Shown here: positions 53,820 through 64,000 of the stretch, one piece after another
Layout: every line of letters starts with the position of its first letter
How positions within the stretch are numbered: the first letter of the stretch is position 1
NCBI GenBank assembly: GCA_038496445.1
Contig: JALMLS010000070.1
Span: 96,574-160,573 of the forward strand
Origin: Trichosphaerium sp. ATCC 40318
Taxonomy: Eukaryota > Protista > Tubulinea
DNA length: 64,000 nt
Reading direction: 5' to 3'
Notes under the pieces: generated by a model
Seen by the model: the letters and a program-made list of their open reading frames with translations, nothing else
Told to the model about the DNA's origin: nothing
The model's database searches: none
Position numbers and translations under genes: made by a program

Positions 53820-55247
53820 ATGAACAACGAAAATCATACAGGTTTTTCTTTAACCCTATGCGACCTACCAAGCGACATTCTACGCGAAATTTCGCAATAC
53901 AACGCTGAATCTTTCAAAAAGCTTCATACCCTCTCAAAAAAGGCTGCTTTACGCACTCACTTTGATGAACGTCTGAACCGTACAGGATTATGGCTATCTT
54001 GGTTTCCAAACGGCCAAATCGCAAAAAGCGAACGTGAAAATGGACTATGTAAACACTGGCACGTGAACGGACAGTTATCTTTTACCGGATGGAAAAAATG
54101 CGGTCAGTACGACGGAAAAGTTTCAGAGTGGTACGATACTGGTGTATTGAAAAAAGAGTGTACAAAGGATTTTGGCCTGAAAGACGGCGAGAAAAAGCGC
54201 TGGTATAGGAGTGGTAAATTACAGTACAGCATCAACATGAAAGGTGGAAGGAGACATGGCGAGTGTAAGGAGTGGTATGAGAATGGTCAGATCTCTTCAG
54301 AGTGTACCATGAACAATGGAGAAAAGGAAGGTGCTTGTAAAGAGTACTATGAGAATGGTTTTCCAAAGGCAACGTATTTTATGACGGAAGGTAAAGAGGA
54401 AGGTGAGTCAAAACAGTTTTATGGAAACGGATTGATAAAAACATTAAAACAAATGAAGAAAGGAAGAATAAAAGGAGAACATAAAACTTGGTATAAAAAC
54501 GGAAACCCAAAAGTTCACAGGATTGTTAATAATGGTAGAGAGGATGGAGAGTATATATCTTGGCATGATAATAACCAAATAAGACTTCAATGTACTATGA
54601 AGGATGGTAAAGCTCAAGGAAAATGGAGAGAATGGCATAAGAATGGAACACTTTTTATTGAATGTAATATGGTTGATGATGAAGAAGATGGTTTGTTTAT
54701 GAAATATGATGATCGTGGTGTGTCAACTGTTTCTTATTACAAGAAAAAAGGCGTAAAAGAAGGTCTGTACAAAGAATGGCATAAAAATGGTCAGCTAGCT
54801 TTGACGAAAGAGATGAAAAATGGACTCGAACATGGAGAGTGTTTCAGATTTTTTCCAAACGGAGCTAAAAAGTCAATTACAGTCATGAAAGAAGGTAAAG
54901 CCCATGGCGCTTATAAGGAGTGGCATGATAACGGTATGGATTGTATTCAATGTACAATGGTCGATGGGAAGGAAGAAGGTGAACACAAAACGTGGTTTTC
55001 TGATGGTCAGTTAGCCGTTCTGAAGAAAATGAAAGGCGGTAAGAAAGAAGGAGAGTACCTTGAATGGTACAGTAACGGCCAAATGAAGATGATGTGTACT
55101 ATGAAGAATGATAAGGAAGACGGAATACATAGAGAGTGGACACTTTCTGGCGAGCCTAAAGAGACTTACATGATGAAAAATGGAGTAAAGCAGAGTGGGA
55201 AAAAGTGGTATTCTCGTAACTCGCTAAAGCTGTATCTGAGTAAGTAA
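53820..55247 (+). CDS. Intronless F-box-like plus MORN-variant (YwqK-like) repeat protein
   Basis: N-terminal LCDLPSDILREI, then many 24-aa repeats G(E)YKEW(H/Y)xNGQ.....MKxGKxE. Confidence 0.9.
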   Translation: MNNENHTGFSLTLCDLPSDILREISQYNAESFKKLHTLSKKAALRTHFDERLNRTGLWLSWFPNGQIAKSERENGLCKHWHVNGQLSFTGWKKCGQYDGKVSEWYDTGVLKKECTKDFGLKDGEKKRWYRSGKLQYSINMKGGRRHGECKEWYENGQISSECTMNNGEKEGACKEYYENGFPKATYFMTEGKEEGESKQFYGNGLIKTLKQMKKGRIKGEHKTWYKNGNPKVHRIVNNGREDGEYISWHDNNQIRLQCTMKDGKAQGKWREWHKNGTLFIECNMVDDEEDGLFMKYDDRGVSTVSYYKKKGVKEGLYKEWHKNGQLALTKEMKNGLEHGECFRFFPNGAKKSITVMKEGKAHGAYKEWHDNGMDCIQCTMVDGKEEGEHKTWFSDGQLAVLKKMKGGKKEGEYLEWYSNGQMKMMCTMKNDKEDGIHREWTLSGEPKETYMMKNGVKQSGKKWYSRNSLKLYLSK

Positions 55248-55847
55248 AACAAGAATCATTCGCTGAGATTACAGCACTCCTATTGTAAAATAATAATAAA
55301 CGTATTTTAGCTCATGCAACCCGATAATCCCGAAATTAGTTGTACGCACCACCGGCAACACCAATGACCATTACACTAAAGGGAAACGCAGTAAATGTGA
55401 GAAAAGCAACGTTACTGCGTTGTAGAGTTAAAAGCGTATTGAAATACGCGAGTACATTTAGTCTTGGGTTCTTGGCTGCGGTTTGTAGTATGTGTATCTG
55501 GATGATTCGCGTTGAGTTTTCGTATGCGGTTATTTTCCGTACAGATCTTGTAGAACTGCTCGCTCCACTACTGTCAGTGCTAGTCACTTATTAAGAAACT
55601 CCAAATCCGCATTTACAACAACGATTTTATTTATAACAGGCTGCTTGCACGCCAAGTGCGTCAGTCCAGTGTCAGCAAGCACTTGCGAGTGTTTACGACG
55701 AAAATAAAAAAAACTGCTTAATTTATGGTAACGAAGCGTAAAACGTATCCCACAGCAATTACAAGATTATCAAACGGGTTTTACTACTGTCTTTCAAACA
55801 ACGTCTGTTTGCAAAACCCTTTTTCCTTTTTAGTTTTTTTTTTTGGT

Positions 55848-57305
55848 TTAATTCGCCACTGCAGCAACAGCACTTGTACCGTTTTCATCAGTTTCCATCT
55901 TTTCTGGTGTTTCTGAGTCAGGTGTACCAATTTTTTGTTTCTTTGCTGGTGGTGGAGCTGTGCTATTATCTACATTTTTATCTAGCTCTTCAGCTTCTTT
56001 AGCTGCTTGTAATAAAGCCTCAACCTTTCGTTTCTTCCTTGGTTGATCATCGTACGCTGACGTCTGTGTATCTACTGTCATAGGCGTAGGTACTGATGCA
56101 GGTGCCGGTGTCGGTGCTGGTGCTGGCGCCGGTGTATTCGTAGATGTAGGACCTGCAATTGGTGTAAAAGAAGATGTTGTAGAAGGCGCTGGTTCTGAAG
56201 GCTTGGGTTGCTCTACAGGCGCATTTGTTGTAGGTGCAGGTGAAGGTGTTGGTGCAGGTGCAGGTGCAGGTGCTGTCACTGTCGCTGGCGTAGGTGTTTG
56301 CGCAGCTGGTGCTGTAGCAACTTGTTCCGGTTTAGGCGCTACAGCTACAGGTATTGGCGCAGGTGTAGGTGTTGGTGTAGGCGCTGGTGCTGTTACTGTA
56401 GCTATACGCCCAGGCACTGGTGCTGCAGGTGTTGGTTTTGGGCCTGTTGCTGTAGGTATTGGTGGTTGTGTAATAGCTAGTGAAGAACCTGACTCTGCTG
56501 ATTTTGGAAGCTCTCCTGATTCTGTAACAGAAGTTGCAGAATTTGTAGATTCTCCTGGACGTTCTGGAGGGAGTTCAGTGACGAAACACCACCTACATTA
56601 TCCAGTAAATTTTCAACTCGTGGCTAGTTAAAATACAAAAATTATGGCACAGAGTAGAACGCTGCACGTGCCGCGTTGGAAGGTCGTGAAAGCAGGAATT
56701 TTTTTTTCAAAACGCAATTTTATCCATATTTTAATTTTTCTCATTTTGGTGGCTTTGGTTTTTTTTGTACCTCTCTGTATTGCTTTCACTCGTTGTATGA
56801 TCGGTTTCTTTGAAGACAATAAGCTCGCTGTCTCCATTGTTAAATTCCACTCTATAAAGAAGTCAGTATGAATATTAAAGGGTAAAGCGGTTCAGTTGGA
56901 GGGAAAATTGTAACGTTTTACCGCGATTACGTTTTATAGTGAATACTGATCAAATTGAATTACAACAGCGGCGTTGAATACATAGAAAACAAAATGGTGC
57001 ATTTGCATCTTTTTTCAAGCAATGAAAGCAGTTTTTGTTAAGAACATAATTGTGGGACACTGTTATCACTAGATGAGCGCAATGGGCGTCAAGATTCAAG
57101 TTTTATAGAAAGTTCTTTGCTGGGCTGTTACGTACTCAAAAGCTTTCTCTCTTTCGTTAAAATCTGTGACAGTGCCTCTGAAGTAGCGTTTTTGATCATC
57201 ATACCAAACTGCCCTACAAAAAAAGTATTACGCCGATGCTGAATGGCGGGTTACGGACACTTCTTTATCGAGGAGATCTACGACCACTGCGTGATTATTG
57301 GCCAT
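55848..57305 (-). CDS. Tudor-like domain protein with a Pro/Ala/Thr-rich tail and NLS-like motifs
   Basis: Spliced N-terminus LLDKEVAVWYDDQKRYFRGTVTDFNERE..VEFNNGDSE..ERWCF matches a PDS5/MSH6-type Tudor; PRKKRK and PAKKQK near the end. Confidence 0.65.
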
Positions 57306-57433
57306 ATTGGGTTTTACGGCGTTTTGTTATCTGGTTTTGATATGAACGCTATGGTGCGTCGGCGTTAGCTTTATCAAAGGTAGAACCCTGTGTATTGTGA
57401 TGTTTAGGCACAAAAACTGGTAAGTCACACCAT

Positions 57434-59585
57434 TCAGTTTTTTGCATAAACCGCCTCAATACGCTGGAGTTACGTAGTTAACGCATTAAATAGAACAATG
57501 GAGTACATTACAGGATTTTTATTAAATGTTGTCTTTAACAACTCGCGTACACGCTCAAATTGATTAGAATACATTGGATGAATCAGTTGTATTGTCCTTA
57601 GTGGTATCTCTATTCGAGAATTTTGTATCAAAAACTGTCTTAGCGATTTTATAGTTTCTTCTGCTCGTGAAATTAAGATTTGTGTAGAATACAGATGCTT
57701 GAATTCGGGTTGAACAAAAAATACAGGGATTGTGAGCTTGCAAATATCGTATTGTGCAGCAACGCTTAAAATGTTACGAAGACCGCTTAGAATACCATCC
57801 ATTGAACGTGCTATAGTAATCATTAGAATATGGAGTGAATGGTAGCGTTTTAAGATAACTAAAAATCGAATACTTTAAATTTTTCCGTTTCTACGCGTAA
57901 AAACTTGTCACACGTACTGGTGCCTTGCTCGACCACCATGTGGAATACAACATGAACATGGGATAAGTTTGAATGCTTAGTAACCACGAAATCGCCTTTT
58001 AAAGGAAGGAATTAGATATTTTTTTTAGTAGAAGAAAAGAATAAAAAAACTGATGTTCAGAAAACAAGAGCTTTTATCTTCCCGCACCTGTACATAATTT
58101 TGCTCCAGCAGCTTTCTTTTTGGCGGTTTCGAGTTGAGCTTGAACATCATCAAAGTGAAACTCTGTAGTGCTATTGCACGCACTCATAAATTCTATAAAC
58201 AAAGAAATTAATAATTTTTTTTCTCATCTCAAAGTACCTTTGGATGCAGCTGAAGTGAAAGAAAGTTTTTCATCTACCATTAATACAACTCCAGATAATG
58301 CTGTTGAGTATAGTTTAATTTGTTTCTTAACGCTTGGCTTAGCATTTGAAGTTTTTGACGCGCAAAATCTTTGAATCTTGCCATTACCCAATTGAATATT
58401 ATAAGGTGTCTTTAATTGTGATCCCAAGTACACAGTAAATGTTTCGTATCTTTCATGAGACATATCACCAGCCTCAGCGCTTGAAAAAAGGTAAGACAAT
58501 TACCAAACAAGACAAGAATAGAAATTCAAACAAAATTACCTGTCTTGCTTTAGTTGTGCTTGATGATCCTTTTTGACATTCTCAGCGATACTTAATTCTA
58601 GATTTATAAAGTAAATACTACTGCATACATACTTGGTTTCAATGCACCTTTTTTATCACTGTTTCTGTACATGCCACAAACAAACTCTTGATAATCAAGT
58701 TTTTGTCTTTCCTTTGCTTGTAATATCTCTACTTTCCATGTTTGTTCCGTATTATTCATTTCATACACGTGCTTATCAACAACATCTGCAATAATATCTT
58801 GAGGAGAATGCGTTTGTATCAGTGATTCCATTTCCACACGCTGACTAGAAAAAAGTTAGCCAAAAAAAGGTGGCACCTTCAAACAAACAATAAAACCCTC
58901 ACAAGCCTTTGATGACACGTGACGTAAAACGTCATCAGCGCAAACGTCAAAATAACTTTAACAGCGATGAGATGTGGGCAAATGACACGTACTTGTCTTG
59001 AAGGCAAGCAAGAGAATCGCGCTCTTTATCAATTAATTTACGCATATCTAGTGCGTATTGCTCTTCAACTTGCAATAAAACGCGCCTAGTTTCTTTATTG
59101 CTCATTAGCGCTGCGTATGCTTCTGCAAATGCCGCCTGTAGATGAAAAGTAAGCACCAGTTTTCAAATAAATAAAATACGATGCTTGTATAAACTATTGC
59201 GCGTGTGGTAGTGGCGTAGGTACCTTTGCTTCGAGTTTGGGGTCGACAGTGGCATAATTCGCGTCATGAAGTTGGTATGAGTGCGCCAACAATCTAGCGT
59301 GCTCAACAATTTGTATTTGAGATGTCACTAAGTAGAATAGGCGTTTAGAAACAATCAAAAAACTTTACTTGTAGTTTAAATACCAGCACAAGACTCTTCG
59401 ACTTGATATCTACGCTCTTCTTGTTGTAGCGAATGAACAGACGACAGAATTGAATTGTGAAGGTAAACTGGCACATCTTCGTCTAGGAAGAACTTTTGGA
59501 GTGTTTCTGTACTTCCTGGCTCGTCAACATCAATGTCTGCTATGCATAACTTTTTACCCACGTTAAACTGTAATTGTAAGGACAT
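57434..59585 (-). CDS. C12orf4/FERRY3 (DUF2362) homolog (3' end approximate)
   Basis: ETFTVYLGSQLKTPYNI, LYSTALSGVVLMVD, TEFHF, DFVVTKHSNLSHVHVVFHMV, ILSGLRNIL..RAE. Confidence 0.8.
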
Positions 59586-59732
59586 TGGTGTTTGTAATTT
59601 ATCCTGAGCGTGGCGTGCTACATGCGCTAACAAAATGCGTTAAGCGCGCGTTATGTTCACATTACTTGTTCGCAACTCTACAGGACCATTGCCTTAGCGT
59701 GTAATGATAACCAGGCGCGTTTCCAAGTGGTA

Positions 59733-62700
59733 ATGAGGCGATTGTCTGTACAAGATGCTAAAAAAGAATTTAATCAGTACAAAACGATGTCAAAATAATC
59801 ACTAACGCTATATTATGTTACTACTGAACGGGCAACAAATTATAAAAGCGCTAGAACTAGACATTGACAGAATCAACTCCCCTCGCCAGACAACACCCTC
59901 TGGACTTAGTACAGCTGAGTATGTCCTCAAAATTATGTCGCTTGTAACAAATATAGACGCAAAGCGATACTGCACGATGCCTTGCAGCGCCAACATACTC
60001 AAGAGCTTATTAAACTAGAACTAGAAAAGAATAAACGTATTAAAGACGCTATACGAGGACTTGAAGCCTTGTACGTCAAATAAAACTATTTCAAGCACGT
60101 GGTATTTGACATATTCAAAACTAGAGTACGTGTTGATGTTCCCGATGACTATGTCGAAGTCTTTATGGCTGGAGTGTTTTCTGAAGAAAGTATCAAATCA
60201 TATCAGAAGCGTGTTGATGACTTGAACCGTCAAATGGCTATAAATGAAGGTAAGTCAACAAATTTTTTGTTGTTTTTGATTGTACTTAGTACAAACTTAG
60301 ATTCTGATATTGAAAAGCTTGGTTTTGTATTTTTAGAAGACCCCTCACCAGATGTGGTGCGCATGCAAAGTACCAATATTGTACAAAAGGTGTACGTACA
60401 TGAATATCGTTAATTAGAAATCAGTCATTGTACTTACAATTGCTTTTCAGGCAGTACGCTTTGAATCACACTGATGAGATAATACGCGCTATTAAAACGC
60501 ATTTGAATGACGAAACACCAGATGGTGTTGGTTTCCACGTGACAAAGTTTTTCACAACTTATCCGTATACAGGTAATGCAAACATCCTCTTTTATTATTT
60601 TCAAAACCAAGTTGACTCTTTTACAGACATGAAGGTCAAGGACTTCCTTGAAGTCTTAAGTGTAAATATAATACGTCTTACGGGTTCTCCACCAAAGGGA
60701 ATAACGAAACTGCAGTTTAAGGTACTGAGTATAGCGTAGTTTTGGATTGTAATGTTGTTTAGATTTGTCTTGAATCACATTTATATCCAAAGTTGTATTT
60801 CAAATGTACAAGGCAAGTTGAGTGCCAGGAAGAGGATACTATACTTCTTAAGAAGTGTCAGTCATTCGCAGATATTACGCAAGCTCAATTAGACATAAAA
60901 GAAGAGTTTTGTTCAGATGACTATGCGCCTTACCTGGCTGCAATATCAAAGTTAAGAAGAATGACATTTTGTCACACGCCAACAAAGATATTGTATGTAG
61001 CTCATTTTATCGCATAATTATACTTGTTGTAACATTAAAATATATAGCTAACGGATCATATAGGGAGTGTGTACTAAAAGCCGCAAAAGAAATTATTAGA
61101 GAAGCACGCCAAGTCTCAGGAAAAGAAGTCGTTTCTGCTGATGATTTTTTGGATATCTTGATTTATGTTACTTTAAAGGCGAAGATACAGTCACTCAGAA
61201 CGTATGTGTATATCATATCACATCTCTAAATTTTTTGTTATTAATAACACGCTTATTTTAGACTACTTGCGTTTGTCCAAGAGTTTGGAATTGACGAGTT
61301 GTTTTCCGGCGAGATTGGATATTATGTTACAAATCTTGACCTTGCTGCAACGTTTATTAAAGGTGTGTTAATATTCCTTTTGTCATATGTACTCTAAATT
61401 ATATGAATAGAGTTAACTGTAGATAAATTAAAGCATAGGGGTATAGCACAAGGGCAGCGTATTGTCATTTGTGAACCAAGTACATTTTTTCCTCATTTTT
61501 TTTGAAAGTATATCTGATTCCTTTTAGGAAGATACCGTCAGTATGCAAAAGAAGGATTAATAGATATTGAATCCGAAGGGGAAGTATTAAAAGGTTATAA
61601 ATTGTATATTGTGGAAGAGTGGTACATTATAATGAACTGTCACAATGTTGATGTGCTGACGTTTTATAGGCTTTTTAATACAACAAAGTATGTTTCAACA
61701 TTGCTTGAGAAAACTGATGATTTTCGTGATATTGTACGGTTACCCTCTTTGTGTTTGTGCTTATATATTTTAGGTGTACGCTGTGGTCGTGACAGCTAAT
61801 AAGAAAACAAATGGAAGTGCTATTGGAAAGTTCATGCAAACAACTTCTGACCTATTCATACCGGTACTAAATCAAAACTCTTTCGCAACTTTCTTAGCTT
61901 ACTTTCTCATAGACACCAATCGGTGATGCTCTTGGTTGTCCAGCAGATACTTCTAAAACAAAATATACGTTACATCATGTTCCAGGTGGGAACTTTGATA
62001 GATACCAGCTATTTCTTCAGTTAAATCACAACTTAAAGTTATTTGGAACAAATGTATCGAACAAAGTTCGATTCAATATTGTAAGGAGTGAAGCAAAACA
62101 ATTCTGCAAATCATATCATAATGGTGCGTGTTGTATAGACAGAATTGATATCTAGCTTACAACTTGTTTTTCAAGTGTTCCAACAGTCGATGCTTGTTGT
62201 TACGATAGATGCAGATATTGATGGCAAGACGGAGTTTTTGGATGAGCGTCAAGTAAAAATACTTAATGACGTTGTTTGCAATCTTATAGATAAGTTGCAC
62301 ATGTATTTATACTGCTTGGGTTTTCTTAAAAGTTATACACCAAAGTTAGATGTCATATCTAATGTGACATGTGAAGCGCTTTCAGTAAGTTAATCTTGTT
62401 TTTTTCTTGTTTTTTTTGGCGTAAATCTCGTTTTGTTGCTAACATCTACAGGGTTTTGTTTCGCTCATTTCAGGTGCTATGGAGGAAGAATTAATACATG
62501 TACGTTGATTGCTTGAAAGCTTCCTATGGCAGGCTGATTGAAGCTTAGAGAAACAAATTTCCTTCTTTTTCCATATTTTACCTCAAGCGCCTTTGTGGCG
62601 CAGTGTTCTGCTTTTTGTTGAGTACATTACTTACTGTTTCTTTTATAGCAATTTTTGAATGACGCTTGTTGTGATATTAACAGAGCGTTGATGGTCGCAC

Positions 62701-63058
62701 CAGTTACTGAAGTTTTAGCACCAATTTTTTTACTTTTAAAACAAACAGTAATCAAATGTCAATCTAAGGTATCCGCTAAACAGGTAATCAAATGCTCAAT
62801 CGTTTTTTGAAGTATAAAGTTAATTGACTTATATTTAGGTCATTGACGTTGATGAGGCTTTTTGCTTTTATGATTTGATAAAGAGATATCAAAACAAAAA
62901 TAATCTAGTTGTCAGTGGCAAGATGAACCTTGAAACATTAAGACACATGGCATCTGTGGAAACTAATAGTGATACTTGTGGTTTGTTAATAGAATTTACA
63001 CAAAATTAATTGACGAATCGTTTGATAAGGAGAAAAGCAAAAAGTTATTTTGCTTTAA
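59733..63058 (+). CDS. VPS9-domain (Rab5-family GEF) protein with an STB6-like C-terminal region (3' end approximate)
   Basis: TPTKIL..VSADDFLDILIYVTLKA..GEIGYYVTNL (VPS9), then GYKLYIVEEW and a terminal IKRYQNKNNLVVSGKMNLETL. Confidence 0.8.
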
Positions 63059-63172
63059 GTGCTACTTGTGCTATGCAACAGCCAATGATAAAGTCGTCTT
63101 AGCATAACTTGTTAGTATATTCCGTTCGTGAACACTACACTTAAGTTATTTCATGAGAAAGTAAGTCGCGAT

Positions 63173-63940
63173 GTAAGTATTTATTAAATTTAGATTGCAC
63201 ACTCAGTTAACTGAGTTGAAAAAACTCCCGACGAGGGTCTCGATCCCTCGACCGTACGGTTAAGAGCCGTACGCTCTACCAACTGAGCTAGCCGGGACTT
63301 GTCGATGGGTTTGAGTAACGTTTATTGGGATTCTATAAAATCTAAACCTGTCAATAATTAGTTTTAGAGTAGTGCGCACAAACACCATAAACGTTCCAGT
63401 AGTTTTCCAAAACGTACACTTTATACACACGGTGCTACATTGAAAGTTATTAAATATTGGCACATAAGAAAATAACGCTCCATAAAATCTCTATGAAATG
63501 TTGAGTAACATGCTTTTGTTCGCACAAATGAACAATAACGGATATCTTATATTATCATGGCCAAAACAAGCCGCCAACACTGTAAGTTTATGAACTAATG
63601 TGACAAAGTTCAAAGCGTAGTAACCAGAACAACAGATTCCTGCCATCAAAAATTACACATATATGCATAGATGTGGTCGTGGTCAAGGTCTCGGCTTAAC
63701 CAGTTATAGCAATTCTTCGGTTAATTGTCCTAAATAGAGATGTTATTGTGTTCAAACGGTGCGACCAAAATAACCTGCTTAAAAAATGAGATAAATGAAG
63801 CAGTATCGTTTCTGGTTTTTTCGCATATTTAGTAACTTACATTTATTTAGTTAGCCAGCACAGTCATGATGCAAACACATGACTTTTCTCTTACCACCGC
63901 GTAAGGATACTGTAATAGTAGGCAAAACCCTTCTAACTTG
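63173..63940 (-). repeat. Copy 2 of the inverted tRNA-Lys duplication
   Basis: Reverse-complement match to about 20780-21567, with scattered substitutions and indels in the flank. Confidence 0.9.
63225..63297 (-). tRNA. tRNA-Lys (CTT), identical to 21445-21517
   Basis: Exact reverse complement of the first copy, followed by a T6 terminator. Confidence 0.95.
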
Positions 63941-64000
63941 AATGACACAGACAATAAATAAATAGCAGTCACAACCTCATTTATCTCATATCAAGCCACG

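Noticed and set aside
55336-55594. Overlapping short ORFs on both strands
   Set aside because: They have no recognisable domain or supporting exon structure.
56203-56631. Gly/Ala-rich and WCC/RCW-rich plus-strand ORFs
   Set aside because: They are antisense or alternative frames of the Pro/Ala/Thr-rich tail of the Tudor-like gene.

Overview
This is gene-dense, AT-rich eukaryotic nuclear DNA from a protist, most plausibly an amoebozoan (inference from the vinculin/alpha-catenin, AGPS, FERRY3 and F-box repertoire). It is not prokaryotic: most genes are split by many short spliceosomal introns (about 40-130 nt), so the ORF track shows exon fragments and the CDS coordinates below are hand-assembled gene spans. 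About 30 protein genes are visible. These include two different peroxisome-targeted AGPS-type flavoenzymes, a DFR/Gre2-like reductase, a divergent Ran, vinculin/alpha-catenin, an ATG_C-RhoGAP fusion, RlmN, a P450, FERRY3/C12orf4, a VPS9 GEF, a Josephin-like protease and about seven F-box-type proteins. Two identical tRNA-Lys(CTT) genes lie inside an inverted duplication of about 0.8 kb, and there is a family of short tRNA-Lys-derived elements. The most striking signal is invisible in the ORF track: a bacterial-type VIT-vWA-TPR-DUF2135 protein (40982-46783, minus) whose central insert carries an EF-hand and two tandem eIF5A-like domains, each keeping the GKHG hypusine-loop lysine. All family assignments come from motif recognition by eye; no searches were run.
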